In this document: in pieces, positions 12,827 through 27,503 of the stretch
Layout: each line of letters opens with the position of its first letter
How positions within the stretch are numbered: the stretch's first letter is position 1
DNA from: Octopus vulgaris
Lineage: Eukaryota
DNA: 64,000 nt
Reading direction: 5' to 3'
Assembly: GCA_951406725.2 (NCBI GenBank)
Contig: OX597831.1
Coordinates: 38,130,001-38,194,000, forward strand
The notes under the pieces: model-generated
Seen by the model: the letters and a program-made list of their open reading frames with translations, nothing else
The model's database searches: none
Told to the model about the DNA's origin: nothing
Program-made: the position numbers and the translations under genes

Positions 12827-13768
12827 ACGTAAAGTTTATAATTCCACTATGCGTAGACTCACCCCAGAAGTACTCCATCTTGTGAGACATAAAAATGAAT
12901 TTAATAGGCAACCGAAAGAGCTACTGGTAGTCTGTGTATTAAAATTGATATACACAAATATATATAAATGTGTGTGTGTTTATGTATGTAGGCAATGTGA
13001 GAGGTGGAGAGACAGAACAAGAGACAGACACAGAGACCATTGGTTTTTTTTTTTATTTCTAAATAGGAAAATAATGAAATTTGAACTCAACGGTTATTCT
13101 GAAAAGTTAAACACGTTTTGAAGATTTCTGTTGATAAGCGCATACGATAATACATTTATGAGTTTCCGTTTGTTTCATAAATTCCTATAGAATCTTCGTG
13201 TCAAGGTTATCGAAATAGGTTTTTGTTTGCCTAAAAGGGAGAACAAAAGACTTTTCTATTTCATGAGTTGCCATAAATCTGTTTAAGGCGAGAAAAATAC
13301 AAATATTTTCTGAAAACGTAACAGCGGCAACAATGACTGACTTCGACCACGATGAGGAGAAGCAAAGGAAAAAAAAAAAAAAGAAAAAGCAATAACAGCT
13401 ACAACAAACTTTGAATTCAAAGAACCGTTTTCCAATTCTGTCATTCTATTTAATATTCTTTTTGCGAACATGGTACTTTCTTTTTTTTTTTCACGGTTAA
13501 ATATCGGGCGAAGCAAATGTAAACATATTCCTTCCTAGAGAACAAGCTTATCGCAATCAAGGCCTCATCGAACGTATGAAAGGGTATGATGATACTTATA
13601 AGGAATCTTACGATATTATGATTTTAAATATATATTATGCATGTATGTATCATGTATATACGTATATTTGTATGTATGTATGTATGTATATTTGTATGTA
13701 CGTATATAGGTATGAATGTCGGTGTACACGCACATATACTCACATGCATACACACATATATGTATATA

Positions 13769-13820
<52 letters not shown>

Positions 13821-13950
13821 AATATGTATATACATATGTATATATATATGTATATACATATATACATATATATATATATACATGCATAGATACATACATA
13901 TATATATACATGCATAGATACATACATATTTGCGTGTATACATACATATA

Positions 13951-14467
13951 CAGTAACCCCTCGCCATATGGCGGTTCACCTATCACGAACTCAGTACTTC
14001 GCGGTTCACCTATCGTGCACTCAGTACTTCGCAGGCTTTTCTGGCTAATATATGTAAATTTATATCGTGGACTCCTTAGTACACCCACTACTTCGTCGGC
14101 CGATAGGCATTTACACTTCTTTAGACTTTTGTTATTTCTGGTGTAAAATATGAATGTTCCCGCATAAAAATTAATAAATTAATAAATAGAAATATAGTAC
14201 AGCAATGTATAACACATTAATTAAAACATATTAAACGAAAATACTTAGTTTACCGTAGATGAGTAAACAAAGAATCGCACATACTGTATGGAAAACGAAA
14301 CTCGGAAGCGAGTGTGTGGTGTTGTTTTACATTTATAATAAAATAAATTTATACAAATTATAAAAATGAGAAAAGATATATACAGCACAGGACTCTTTAA
14401 ATCGCGGATTTTCACCTTTTGCGGCAGGTTTGGGAATGTCATAACCGCGATAGGCGAGGGATTACAG
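13951..14467. mobile_element. Tigger/pogo-type MITE
   Basis: TIRs cagtaacccctcgccatatggcggtt and aaccgcgataggcgagggattacag, TA on both sides, and an internal 30-bp tandem duplication at 13971-14030. Confidence 0.85.
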
Positions 14468-14492
14468 TATATACATATGCATATATATTTCT

Positions 14493-14869
14493 TTTACTTT
14501 TACTTATTTCAGTCCTTTGATTGTGCCCATGCTGTCGCACATGCTTTTAGTCGAAAATATCGACCCCTAAACTTATTCTTTGCGGTTCGGTCTCTTCAGC
14601 CGAACCTCGACGTTACGGGAACGTAACCACACCAACATCGATTGTCAAGCGATGGTGGGGAGACAAACACGGACACAACCACACACACATAAATACATAC
14701 ATAAATATATATTTGACGGGCTTCTTTCTGTTTCCGTCTACCAAATCCATTCACAATACCTTGATTGATTCGTAGCTATAGTAGATGACTATTGCGCAAG
14801 ATATCTTGCATCGGGACTGAACACAAAACCTTGTGGGTGGGAAACAAGCTTCTTACCACACCACCACAA

Positions 14870-14965
<96 letters not shown>

Positions 14966-15125
14966 GCAGGTATGGGTGTGTGGTAAGCATCTTGCTTTCT
15001 AACGACATAGTCCCGGGTTCAGTCACTACGTGGCTATTTCGGCACGTGCCTTCTACTGTATCCGCGGGACAACCCATGACTTGGGAGTTGGATTTGGTAG
15101 ATGGAAACTGAAAGAAGCCCGTCGT
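14493..15125. mobile_element. Head-to-head pair of family-C SINEs separated by (TA)n
   Basis: Minus copy ~14493-14870 with an internal (CA) tract; plus 5' half ~14963-15125 ending tttggtagatggaaactgaaagaagcccgtcg. Confidence 0.8.
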
Positions 15126-16189
15126 ATATATATATGCATATATACACGGATATATATGCATACATACACGGAATTTATCTCAGAACACATATGAGAATAC
15201 TGAATCTATTAATAGACAGAAAGAAGTAAACAGGTAAATACGTGTGTGTCTATGTGTGCCTGGTGTCGGGGGCTGCGTGTGTCTGTATGTCGATTGACGT
15301 AATTTGACAGAGATTCGCACAGAAAGACGAAGATTTAGATGCTAAATATTTAGATGAGAAAGACAACAAGAAGAAACACAATATAGAATATCAACTATAG
15401 AAATAGATTTTAATTAATTTGGCTTTTGTATAGAAGTTTTAATTTATAAATTTTGACAATAGAATCTCTAAACAAAACCTTAACGAAAATCCTTTGTTTG
15501 GAATTTAGTCTTTCTATCGAAATCCATTCTAATAACCCTTGACTTTGTGGTTCCATTTCTATCAAAAGTGTATGGAATTATTTCCATATTTAGTAATGAG
15601 ATTAAATTAAACAAATTATTGAGATCCCTTTTAAGAATTTCGACGTGTATTTTATTCTGGTGCTTTCTCATAATGATATTTTCATGTTCGTATTTTATAT
15701 TCTAATATTCTTAAGACGAAGAAGGTCAAAGTCACATAGCAGTCGATCAACGATGCAAACAAACGTGTATCTGCAGGAGTTTGAGCTTCTTGCTAAATTG
15801 TTTTAATTCTGCCCTACTGTGCTTTTATAAATCCGAAATAATATGAGATACTATCAAAATCTTATCTCAACACTACATTTTAGTTTTATTGAAATTCAAT
15901 TATTAATATAATTCAATTCTGTTTCCAGCATATATGAAATTTCAAAAAATTATAAATGATAAAACCAACAAAAAAAAATAAAATAAACATACGAAAATAC
16001 TCAGTATGCAGAGAGCAAAGTGAAACGGCAAATATTTTCTTTGTGTGGTGTGAAAATTTAAATGATACAAGATTTTAATTGATAAACTCATTTATTTCAA
16101 TTTAATATTGCCAGTGTTGAGAACTATGACTGTTTATTTTTAATTTTCTTTTTTCATTTCATTCTGTTATTTTTACCTTGTTGATTTAT

Positions 16190-16245
16190 TTCATCATCAT
16201 CAATCATCATCATCATCATCATCATCCCCATCATCCTCATCATCG

Positions 16246-16309
<64 letters not shown>

Positions 16310-16405
16310 TATCATAATCGTCATCGTCATCGTCACAATGGGTATTATAATTAGTGTTGTTGTTTGTATTGTCATTCTAGTTGTTGCTGCTGCTGTTGTT
16401 GGTGG

Positions 16406-16469
<64 letters not shown>

Positions 16470-16470
16470 G
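16190..16470. repeat. Compound (CAT)n/(GTT)n/(TTA)n microsatellite
   Basis: Direct reading; it produces the poly-M, poly-I, poly-N and poly-L ORFs. Confidence 0.95.
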
Positions 16471-16755
16471 TTCGCACAGAAATATGCATCAGGTAATAGA
16501 ATGAAGATTGAAATAGTCCCAAGAGGAAATCTAAGCAGAAATATCAAATTCCAAACTTCACACAAATTTAAATTTTCCATTAATTTGTATAGGAGAGCAT
16601 GTGAAAGTGGCTGTGAAAAAGTGTAATTATATGCGTATGTGTATATGTGTGAATTTCGTATTATTTATTAACTAAGGAACACTTGTTATAAAAAATAAAT
16701 GATGGCAAATTTAATGAGATTCCGTATATCAGCCTGTTTTGTGTGCGTATAAGTT

Positions 16756-16786
<31 letters not shown>

Positions 16787-18399
16787 AAGAGAAAGATTGT
16801 TACGATATTTTGTCTTTTACCTGCTTTTATCCTCCATGCTTTCAGCCATATTAAAATGTCTCTAGGTTTCCTTTTACTATCAATGAGAAATATGTTGAAG
16901 TTTTGACGGAGTAAAAGATTAAAGGATATATTTCTTTATTTAACTGAATATAAAATTTTAAAGAATTATTTTAAAAAACACAGATCAGTACTAAAGAGCG
17001 TCAATGTTAAAGATTGGTACATTGCGTGTAGCAGTTTAAAATATTGAGGGCTGTACGAATGAATTTAAAAATACTAGATTGTTCTCTCGTAAGAAAAATA
17101 AAACAAAATCAATGACTTTGGACGCTTTAACTGATAACGTTGTTGATAAAGGTGGTGTATGGTAACCATTTTTAAGGGTTTTCTTAGAAATCTGAAACAT
17201 GGTTTTTAATTATTTTCTATGTCTTGGTAGAAGGAACGGACATTTAATATTTTAACGTGTCTCAGAAAACTGATTAGGGGAGATGTGGAAGAAACTGCAG
17301 CACTTTGATTAAAGCAGTAGAAAAGCGAATCAACTTGATCAGGTTATCGCTTAGAACAGAAGTTAGATGGGAATCTCTGTGAAAAAAATTAGTGATTCCT
17401 GTATGATTTCCTGGAAATTTCCTACAGATTTAAAATCAACCTACTAAAGAAATCAACTACTCAAAATAGATACATTCCATCTGACGAACGGTTGCACGGT
17501 TTGGGTCTGCTCATTTTCAATCGCAGAACTTAGAGCGATCAGAGCTCGTGGAGGAAATTATTTTTACCTAAGTTAACATGCAATGGCTGGGAAATAATAA
17601 CCATCAGCAAGGAAACATTCCTGCATTCACGCTTGTTCAGTTACAATTCTTCAATTTTCTTCTAAGGTGTGGATAAGAAATTCATAGTTCTTAACACTAT
17701 AAACCTTTGATTATCATTCTTTAAGTGTTTAGAAATTATTCATTGCCAACCTGATGTTTAATGAGTCTTCACGATGAACAGAATATTTAGATTTTATGGT
17801 GGATTAAAGATCCATCCTTCACTTTTTGTATGCGATTAATAAACAAGTAAATAGACTGAGAAATACAATGTATAATTATGTTTCTAAGCCTAAAACAAAA
17901 ATCTCTGTTCAGGGATTGGACGGTGTTTTAATAAACATGTTTATTAGACCTAGTCGGCCATCCTGTTAAACACTAACATTGCATCACTGGAACCACGCTG
18001 CTCCCAGAATTTTCTCAAAAGCTCCTGTTTAAATTTACCTCCATATCTACTTGTATGGCTTTCTACTTTAGCAATCGACGCTCAGGTTCTTCAAGCTTTT
18101 CATGATCAAAGTCAGAAAGCCTGCAAAATTATCACGGATACTGCCATTTTACCGGTGAATAATCCGTAAAACAAACGGAGCCATATACTTCGTGAAATTT
18201 TTTGGTACCCTGTTTATATTGGAGATAAGCAATTTGTTTTTACAACTTGAAATATTTAAGGAAACTCATCGAATAATAATGCAAGTTAATTGTGGTATCC
18301 ATTATCGTGCTTTATATTTCTTATTATCAAACATAGCAACATTCTCATCTCATCGTACACATATCCAACAATATGCCAGCATCATTATACAAGATAAAA

Positions 18400-18550
18400 T
18401 CCACCGAGGTCGACAAATTCCACCGAGGTTGACTTTGCTCGCAACCTTTCAAGGTCGATGAATTAAGTACCAGTTGCGTACGTGGATCGATCTAATCGAC
18501 TGGCCCCCTCAACAAATATTTCGGGCTTTATGTCTAGAGTAGAAAAGAAT
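18400..18550 (+). mobile_element. SINE family A, 3' half
   Basis: ccgaggttgactttgc..ggtcgatgaattaagtaccagttgcgtac..tctaatcgactggcccc..ctagagtagaaaag. Confidence 0.75.
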
Positions 18551-20459
18551 ATACAAGATACAATTAACCGTCCGTTGTCTCCTGTATATAAGTACGAATG
18601 GCAACAAGTGCAATACTTTCGATTATTGTTTAAAAGCTTGTGTATTCGTAAAAACATATAAGCGCATTTTAGCCAACTGACACACCAAGGATATGATAGC
18701 TAGATATAGAGACAGTACTAAAGTACTACCAGCAGGCCAATATTAATTTTCTACGGAGTAGACGAAACAATATTGAATAAAATGCACAACATATTGCTTG
18801 GCCCAAAAATTGAACCCCGTCCTGCTGGTAACACGAACACTATTATCACCAAAACACGCTCGTTTTGGGTTTACCATTATTTCTATAAAGTACAGTTTCT
18901 TTCATAAAAAAACGAAAACGTGAGAGGAGGTGAAACGACAACAGTAATTTAACACTAAGAAATATAGACAGCTTGTTTTTCTTAAAATTTTGTTTTTATG
19001 TTGAAGCAGACAGGTTGGTGTAGAAATCGCAGAAAATGGACCAGTTAATTTTCATTTGTGCAACATCAGTATATTTACCCTTCAAAATACTAGAAAATGC
19101 TGCCGATGACACTACTAAATATAAAAGGAGTGTTATCTTTTTTCTATGAGAATAACGCTAATACTATATAATTGACGGCACTGAAGTATCATATTAAGTT
19201 TGAAGAAGTGAAAAAAAGTAATTAGTAAAATGAATGATGGGATTTTAATTATGTCCTATGATTAATTTCGTTTCAGATGTCACCTAATAAAAAATATGAT
19301 TTTATTGTCGAGCAGTATTGACAAATAGCTTTACAAAAACGGTCGAAACGAAATGAATTACCGATCGCATACAGACAGAAAGTCATTTACATTATCTTTT
19401 TGGCCAAATAAATAAGAGTAACAGCTTAAAGTGACAGATAATGACAACGATTACTAATAAAGGGATATCAATATATATACAGATATGTATCATAACCAAA
19501 GCATATACACAGTATCGAAATGACGAAGAAGCCTTGGCATGGTTGTTCGATTTAATATCAAATAGCGAGCAACCTCATGTCAAACTAAGCCATAACCCTT
19601 CAAACATAGAGTAGCACAATTGATAATGCATTCTAAGATTAACTCTATCGCATGTTTAGGCACCACCACCTGCAAGTTTGTATTTCTTAATTGAGTTATA
19701 GTGTGTTGAATGTTTTAGGCTCAAGTATCCAGTCTGAAAGCAATCAGACGTCTATCCAGCATTCTCAGAAACCCTAAAAATTATTATGAACCCTTTCCAT
19801 TCTCTTATGGTCCAAACATTCATACATCGGACATTATAACTCGCAATGCAATTCATGTGCTTGGTGTGGGGCCAGAATATTCATCTATGCCCTATACAGG
19901 TAACAATTAGACACATACGATAATAACATTTCTTGCTGAACTTGGAAGAGAGATCGACCGAGCCTCTAGATATTGTCTAATTATTACGTTTGCAATCTAC
20001 ATTTTTGCAACTCTGACTTTGTTCCCTGTCATCCCTGACCATAAAAACTATTCTTTCACCAGACATTATAGACTAAATCGTTAGATCTAGAGTTGTGAAC
20101 ACAGTATGAAGTCATCTAAAATGACTAAGGATACGATGAAACAAAAATATACCTGAAAAACAAAGAAACATGATTTGTACAGCTAGAATGCCTTTTCCGG
20201 GTAGACTCTTCAATTAAGTCTGATTTACAATTAAGCATGCATATGCATAGATGCAAAAGTTTGACACTTAGGAATTTCGGTTATGATTTGATGTGTAGAC
20301 TACTCAATTGCTGAGTGAAATATGGAGTGAATTCCGGTACTGACTTGGTGCTTCGAGTATTTGATAGACAGCTGTTTCACTGTGATATTGTTATCTTGTT
20401 CTTAACAAATTCAAAGATTATCTGAAATAGATTATTGGAAATATGCATTGCCTTTCATC

Positions 20460-20830
20460 ATTTTTATGTTTCAGACATTGGACTGCAGCCATGCTCGGAC
20501 ACCATCTTGAAAGTTTCGTTCGAATAAATCATTCGAGTATTTGTTATCTATTCCAGTACATTACTTACTCCATCGCTTTCTTTTGCTGATCCACTGAGTT
20601 AGAAGGAAGTAAATAGATCAACATCGGTTGTCAAATGATGATGGGAAGCTAGCAAAAACAGAATGGTAAGCACACACACCCATACACACAAACACACACA
20701 CAACGGGATATTTTCAGTTCTTGTCTATGAAATCTCCACACAAGGCTTTTCTTGGCCCCGGCCTATGGAAAAGGGCATTTGTCCTAGGTGGCACGCGTTT
20801 GGAAAACAATGTTCTCAATCATACAGCAAC
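20460..20830 (-). mobile_element. Degenerate SINE family C
   Basis: ggactgcagccatgct..catcggttgtcaaatgatg..(CA)n..cacacaaggcttt. Confidence 0.7.
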
Positions 20831-21119
20831 GTCGCACAAGAAACTTAAACACATTTCAATGAGGAGAACAAAAAATAACCGACTTCTTTGCCGTTTACTC
20901 GCCTTTGTCAAGAGCGCACAATAGTCTCCATAATCATTAATGATAATTAATTCAACTAAGTTAATACAAAGTTGTGTATTCTGATATAAATAACTATGAA
21001 ATTATTATAACAAATGTAAAGCATTGGCGTCTGTTGACAGGCATTTCATCATATACCATAGGTCACTTTCTATTTACGTGCATGCGCATATATATAAAAC
21101 ATACATACATACATATAAC

Positions 21120-21410
21120 GGGAAGCTTTATGAAAATAGACAAAAAACGAAGGCAGGTGGAAGACAAACGAACAATTGTATTAGTATGGCGCTCAGGAAA
21201 TATAAATAAAACAAGTCTTTAACGTTTCGAGCCTACGCTCTTCAACAGAAAGATACACAGAGAGAAAAAAAACACAGAAAGAAGGAGAGAAAAAAAATGC
21301 GTGCAGTAGCTAACAAATCAACATGGCGATCTGATTTCGGCCAGAGGTCAACGATCAAACATGAGACGCGAGAGCGAAATAAGGGGAGATAATAGGGTTG
21401 ATAATAGGGT
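21120..21410 (-). mobile_element. Non-autonomous PLE/retrozyme-like element carrying a hammerhead variant at 21216-21253
   Basis: Minus strand reads tcttt-CTGTTGA-a-gagc(gtag)gctc-GAAAC-GTT-aaaga. Related to elements at 62020-62170 and 62395-62570. Lies next to (TA)n. Confidence 0.7.
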
Positions 21411-21421
21411 TGGTGTGTATG

Positions 21422-21462
<41 letters not shown>

Positions 21463-22388
21463 TGAAATTAATAAGGGTTGAAAATTTTGAAACATTTTCA
21501 TACCTGTGGCTAACATGCGTAATAGAGTCAACAGACAACATGTTTTCATATATAAGTGTACAAACAATGAAGTATTTATTCACGAAAGAAGTGACCTTTG
21601 ACAGGACACATCACATGCTAAAAGGGCAGTCTAATCCCAAAAAACGAAAAGCGCAATTTCAAAGAGAATGAAAATAGTTTTATAGTTAACCCCACTTATA
21701 TATATATGGCCGTGTGCTTGGGCAGGTAATCGGGTGGGAGAATATGAGAAAGATGTACAGACTCCGGAGGAAAAAGATAAGCTGAGAGACGTAAAATACT
21801 TATGGAGAGACGTAGATAGAGAGCGACAATGAGGTAGAGACAGAGAATAGATAGATGCTAGATAGAGGAACAGTATTAGTAAGATAAAACCAAGATACAA
21901 ATATAGAGACATTTGAAAGCGTAGCTGAAGCAAAATTCCCGTAAGTTTTCATGTGTTTCTATCATGTAAGAAGTGTTTTTTCAGATGGTTGGTATTTGGA
22001 TATATACAATAGACAGAATAATAGAGACATGTTTGTTGTTCTGGAAAATTCGAAATTCTTTTATTTATATTTATTTTTATGTTTCTATTTTTATTTAATT
22101 TCACTATAATGGTTTCTGCAGTGCTACAGTAAATGGTTCGCTTGGCATTAAGATAAAAAAAAATCGATCACAACCTGTGAAGCTTGGTTCTATCATTAGA
22201 TTATATGCCGAACTATATGACCACATGGACGGAATCAATCTCACTTGTTTCCAGCAAAGATGTCTGTTACCAAAATCCAACCTTAGATACTATGAGACAA
22301 CAAAAAAATAGGAAAAAAACACAAATAGCGAAAACGATTATAAAACAGTGAATAAATATACTTCTCTAATACAGACACGTACACGCAC

Positions 22389-22419
<31 letters not shown>

Positions 22420-23012
22420 GTGTGTGTAGGTGTGTGTGTGTATGAACGTATATACATGTATAAACACACATGTATATATAGGAATATATGTGTGTAATAT
22501 ATATATATATGTGTGTGTGTATATAATATTTACATATACATATGTGTGTGTATATATTTAATGTATACACACACATAGATATATGTAGATACATGTCATA
22601 TATAAGTATTTTTATATTCTATATATGTGTGTGAGTGTAGGTGTGTGTGTTTGCGACTGTGTGTGTTTGTATTCGTGCGTTTGTATGTGTGTGTTTGTGT
22701 TTGTGCGTATGTGTGTGTGTGTGTGTGTGTAAGAAAATGTTTTCATTCTGTATCTGAATCTGGCTTCTTGGACTGGAAAAAAAGAATTTACCGTAGAGAA
22801 CAAGGAGAAATGGAAACACATTTCTCACATGAATAAAATCCCTGTAGATTTACATGAAATGTAGATTTACATGATTATGTCATGTTCAGGCTTTTTCTAA
22901 ATAACATCATTGTTATATCCAAAATAAGATGAATTCCCAGGAAAAGGTAAACAACTTAGTGGAGTCTGTCATTGAATCTTTATCTAACATATATACATAT
23001 ATATATATATAC

Positions 23013-23110
<98 letters not shown>

Positions 23111-23870
23111 CCTCGGTTTTTGAAACGTATAGAATGAGATTCTATGTTTATTAAGCGTTTCTTAAATTCAAAAGATGCAATAAAACAAAATGTATAAAGG
23201 AACTGGAAAATTCGGTAATAAATACATATTCCTTAACAATTTATTTCTGTTATATAATGATTTGGTGGCTCACTCAGATATGGAAATATTCAGGTATAGG
23301 GTACACAGCACAGACCCAATGGAAGATTTTCATAGGGATCGATCCAACAAGATTAGTAGAGGTCATTGAATTACAAGCTATTCTTAGATTTTCTTAGGTT
23401 CTTGAAATGCTTTTAATAATGGACATTCCTTCGAGATAACTCGACAAAATCAAAACATTTCGCTTCGGTTATTTCCGTGGGTTGTGGAATATAGATATAA
23501 CGAAATTATGCCAGCAATGTCTTATTTTAAACTTGAAGAAAAAAAAAAAGCCTTGCATATTTGTTCTTACGTGTTTCATCTGTGCAAGTAAAATCCGCAA
23601 ATTTCCAAGCAGAAAACAGAATCGAACTGTCATTTGCTTCCACGGAAATACCCGAAGTGAAATGTTTTGATTTTGTCGAGTTATATCGAAAGAATGCCTA
23701 ATAATGTGAGCTCTGTTGAAGTGACTCAAGAACCAATGTTTGTATTAAGCAGGGTGACGATATGAGACAATAATATAGCCAGCTGTCACTTTTGCTCGAT
23801 GCCATAACCTGCTGTGGCTATAATTTGTTAGACACCTATGTAGTGACGACCAGACATTAGGTATTATTCC

Positions 23871-23915
<45 letters not shown>

Positions 23916-25017
23916 AGTAGAATACACACAATATTATTGCTGGAGGAAAAAGGGGTACGGTAGGGCACGGCTGGTTGTCATGGCAAATAATCACACAGAG
24001 ACATCGATCTCGCAATAATTTGATTGTGAAGTGATAATTTCCTAACTACAGAGCAATGCATTCATCGGTATATTTTTCAGAATTCTACATTATGTTAGCA
24101 ACAGATAATCCAATTTCCTTTTTAAGCACAATATGCACAGTGAAAGCTATTATTGTGCATTTTCCTGTTTCTTGTAGCTCTCTCATTTCAGGGAATTCTG
24201 GTTTAAAACCTTTACCACATTATATAAAAAGGACAATACATTAGAGAAAATATGTTCTTACTCTGATCTGTTGGATGCATTGTAAAACACATTTGAAAGT
24301 GCCAATCATAGGAGAAAGATAAAGCCTTTAATTCCTATGAGTATAAATAAAATACAGTACCAGCTGTGGTGTGCTGACTATCTAATCATCTTTACAATTG
24401 TTTCTCAATCTATGGTTTTGTGTTAGAAATAGTAATGAAACGCTACAACGTTAATTATAAGAGTGGTTTCAAATTTCAGCTTAAGTCCAGCACGTTTGGG
24501 AGAAGGAATAAGTTGATAGCATCGACCGGAGTACCCATCTGGTAATCATTTTATCAACCCGTAAGGCACAAGGCCTGAAATTTGAGGGGAGGGGAGTGGT
24601 CAACTATATCGACCCCAGTGATTCACTGGTACTTTATCAATTGAACTCCAAAAGCAGTAGCTCGGCAGAACTTGCCAAACATTTCGTTTCAGGCGGCTGC
24701 ACTTTTTGAAGAAGACTTGAAATTGCATATTCTCAGAAAATATTCAGAATCAGTTTTACTTTCACTTCTCAGAATGCACGAGGAGAAATATGTTGGCGGT
24801 TTATTAACACCACGCCCTGGAGCAATAAATAAAATGACAGGAGAATATCATCAATTTTACGCAAAACTGTTTGATTAAATATTCTTCTTTTTCATCTTTT
24901 TTCTTTCCTCTTTTACTGGCTTTTTCTTTTCGCCTGTTATAAAATTAAAACTTAAAGACTGGTGATGTCATTTCATCAACGTGTATTGCTCTCGATCAGA
25001 CTTTAAATTTAAATTTC

Positions 25018-25156
<139 letters not shown>

Positions 25157-25269
25157 GCTATTGTTGTTGTTCTTGTTCTTGTTCTTGTTGTTATTATTTT
25201 TATTATTAGTATTCCTATACGCAGAGATTATACTGTTGGGACAGAAAAATTCCTCACATCTGACTACAA

Positions 25270-25900
25270 CAAGTAATCTTAGATGCCAAGAATCCACCTA
25301 AGCATCCTAGTTATCCCCAATAACACAGTTTTCTACAGCTGTACTAAACTGGGTTTTATGCCTGTTTCCTCCATCCATCTGTTCAGATCTGTAGGGATAG
25401 TTCCAAATGGGCATATAACTACTGTGATACATTTTACCCACAACTTCCATAGTCTCTGTAAATTAATAGCTCGGTCCTGGTATTTTGCTATTTTTCCTAT
25501 ACGTCTCATATTGATTTTGTGAACATTTGGGTCTGTAAAGTAAATTATCTGGCAATTTCTATTCTCGTTATCTACCATTACTAAAAAAGACCACCTAGCT
25601 TCTATTACTCTGTCAGTCTGAATGTTAAAGTCCCACATCATCTTATATTTCTTACTTTCTAGTACTTTACAAGGTTCATGTTCATGTATTACTCTCCCTA
25701 GGTTGTCATGTATTTTCTTATATTCTTTCTGTGCCAGCATGCTACATACACTTAGTAACGCTTCTTATTTTCATTTGTATAACCTACATTGCGAATCTAA
25801 TTGGCTTTTGTCTATCTTGGCTGTTATAAAAATAGTCCTTAATGCTTCGTATTGTGCAGACCACAAATGACTTCAAAGTTTAACGCAATATGCATATCGG
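25270..25900 (-). mobile_element. R4/Dong-like non-LTR retrotransposon 3' fragment (restriction-like endonuclease), with its 3' end near (AAT)n
   Basis: ORF 25333-25740: LAQKEYKKIHDNLGRVIH..WDFNIQTDRVIEAR..KIAKYQD..VVICPFGTIP. The (TTA)n array is at 25018-25210. Confidence 0.85.
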
Positions 25901-25948
25901 GAAATACAACATTTTTTTCATCTTTTGTCAAGGGAAGAACATATTACC

Positions 25949-26176
25949 TATTTCTTTATTACCCACAAGGGGCTAAACACAGAGGGGACAAACAAGGACA
26001 GACATAGGTATTAAGTCGATTACATCGACCCCAGTGCGTAACTGGTACTTGATTTATCGACCCCGAAAGGATGAAAGGCAAAGTCGACCTCGGCGGAATT
26101 TGAACTCGGAACGTAACGACAGACGAAATACGGCTACGAATTTCGCCCGGCGTGCTAACGTTTCTACCAGCTCGCC
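25949..26176 (-). mobile_element. Young, near-intact SINE family A with a Tx1-like 3' tail
   Basis: Head ggcgagctggtagaaacgttagcacgccgggcgaaa, B-box gagttcaaattcc, tail tgtcccctctgtgtttagccccttgtgggtaataaag. aacatattacc occurs on both sides. Confidence 0.9.
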
Positions 26177-26979
26177 GAGTTAGCTTCCACTCTAACATAT
26201 TACCGAGTTAGCTTCCACTCTAACTGCAGTATGACTACATAAATTTTATATCAGACACAGTCGCACTGTATATTTTAAACTTCCTGAAAACCTGTTCGTT
26301 TTATTGACATAACAATAGAGTGGCGGAAGGATTAATATAGAGTTATATTTCAGAAAACCATTAAAGAAGCAGTTATACATGCCTTAATGTACAGCAGACG
26401 AAACTGAGCATTATACACAAAATCAAAATTAAATTCTAACACATGAGAGGCATATGAACATTCTAATTCAGACACCTTTAGAAATGGGAATAGTGTTTAT
26501 TAGAAACACTCCTAAGTTTGCTCTCAAAACAGAAATCCTCTATTTATGCAAAGTTTCTAAATAGAAAAGTACATATTGAATGTACAATACAAGAGGCAGT
26601 GTCTCTTTTCTTCCGCAAAAACAACGAGGAACTAGTGGCAAAGATTCTATGAACTGAAGCGTATACATGTTTTGCTGATAGGAATGATGATTTATTGATA
26701 GTTATAAAGCCAGAAACTTGCGGGAAAGAGTTCGTGAATTATCAATGAATCCAGCATTTGAATAACACTTCAAAATATTGTATCAGAAGCGGGAAAACGT
26801 TCGATGACAGAGCCGGCTTTTGAACTCTAATCCTGAAAAGCGATACATAAAATACCTCGTGGCATTTTGTCTGATGCACTAGAGATCCCGAAAATCCAGT
26901 GTTGCTTTGAATAATAATAATAACAATCAGTGATAATAATAATCATAATGAAAATAAAAACAATAATAAAGGCACTAAC

Positions 26980-27005
26980 TAATAATGATGATGATGATGA
27001 TGATG

Positions 27006-27093
<88 letters not shown>

Positions 27094-27150
27094 TGATGAT
27101 GATGATAATAATAAGGATGATGACGATGATGATGATTGATGATGATGACA
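26980..27150. repeat. (GAT)n-(AAT)n-(GAT)n microsatellite
   Basis: Direct reading. Confidence 0.95.
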
Positions 27151-27431
27151 TTAAATTTCATTAAATTGAAATTCTTCAAGGAACATTGTTTACTCATTCG
27201 CCTGGTTCGTTTATATTCTATTTTTGGTCTTTGAATTATGAAATAGCATTCTTCGATTTTAAAGAATACAGTGAAAGATTCTATTTCCATTTGAAAACAT
27301 CTCTTGTGCAATTGAATAACTTCTCTCAATGACAGTCCTCGTTAACTATATGAATGTAGCTGTAGAAACGTTCCTTTGTTATGGATGTTTACTTGATAAA
27401 AGTCGCATTATTATCAAGCTATCTCTCTACC

Positions 27432-27503
<72 letters not shown>

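Noticed and set aside
17200-18212. Possible Tc1-like relic ending ggtaccctgt
   Set aside because: No partner TIR or readable transposase motif was found.
23571-23810. Minus-strand candidate exon ending at a gtaaga donor
   Set aside because: The peptide is unrecognisable and the longer version has an in-frame stop; splice-like motifs are common by chance.
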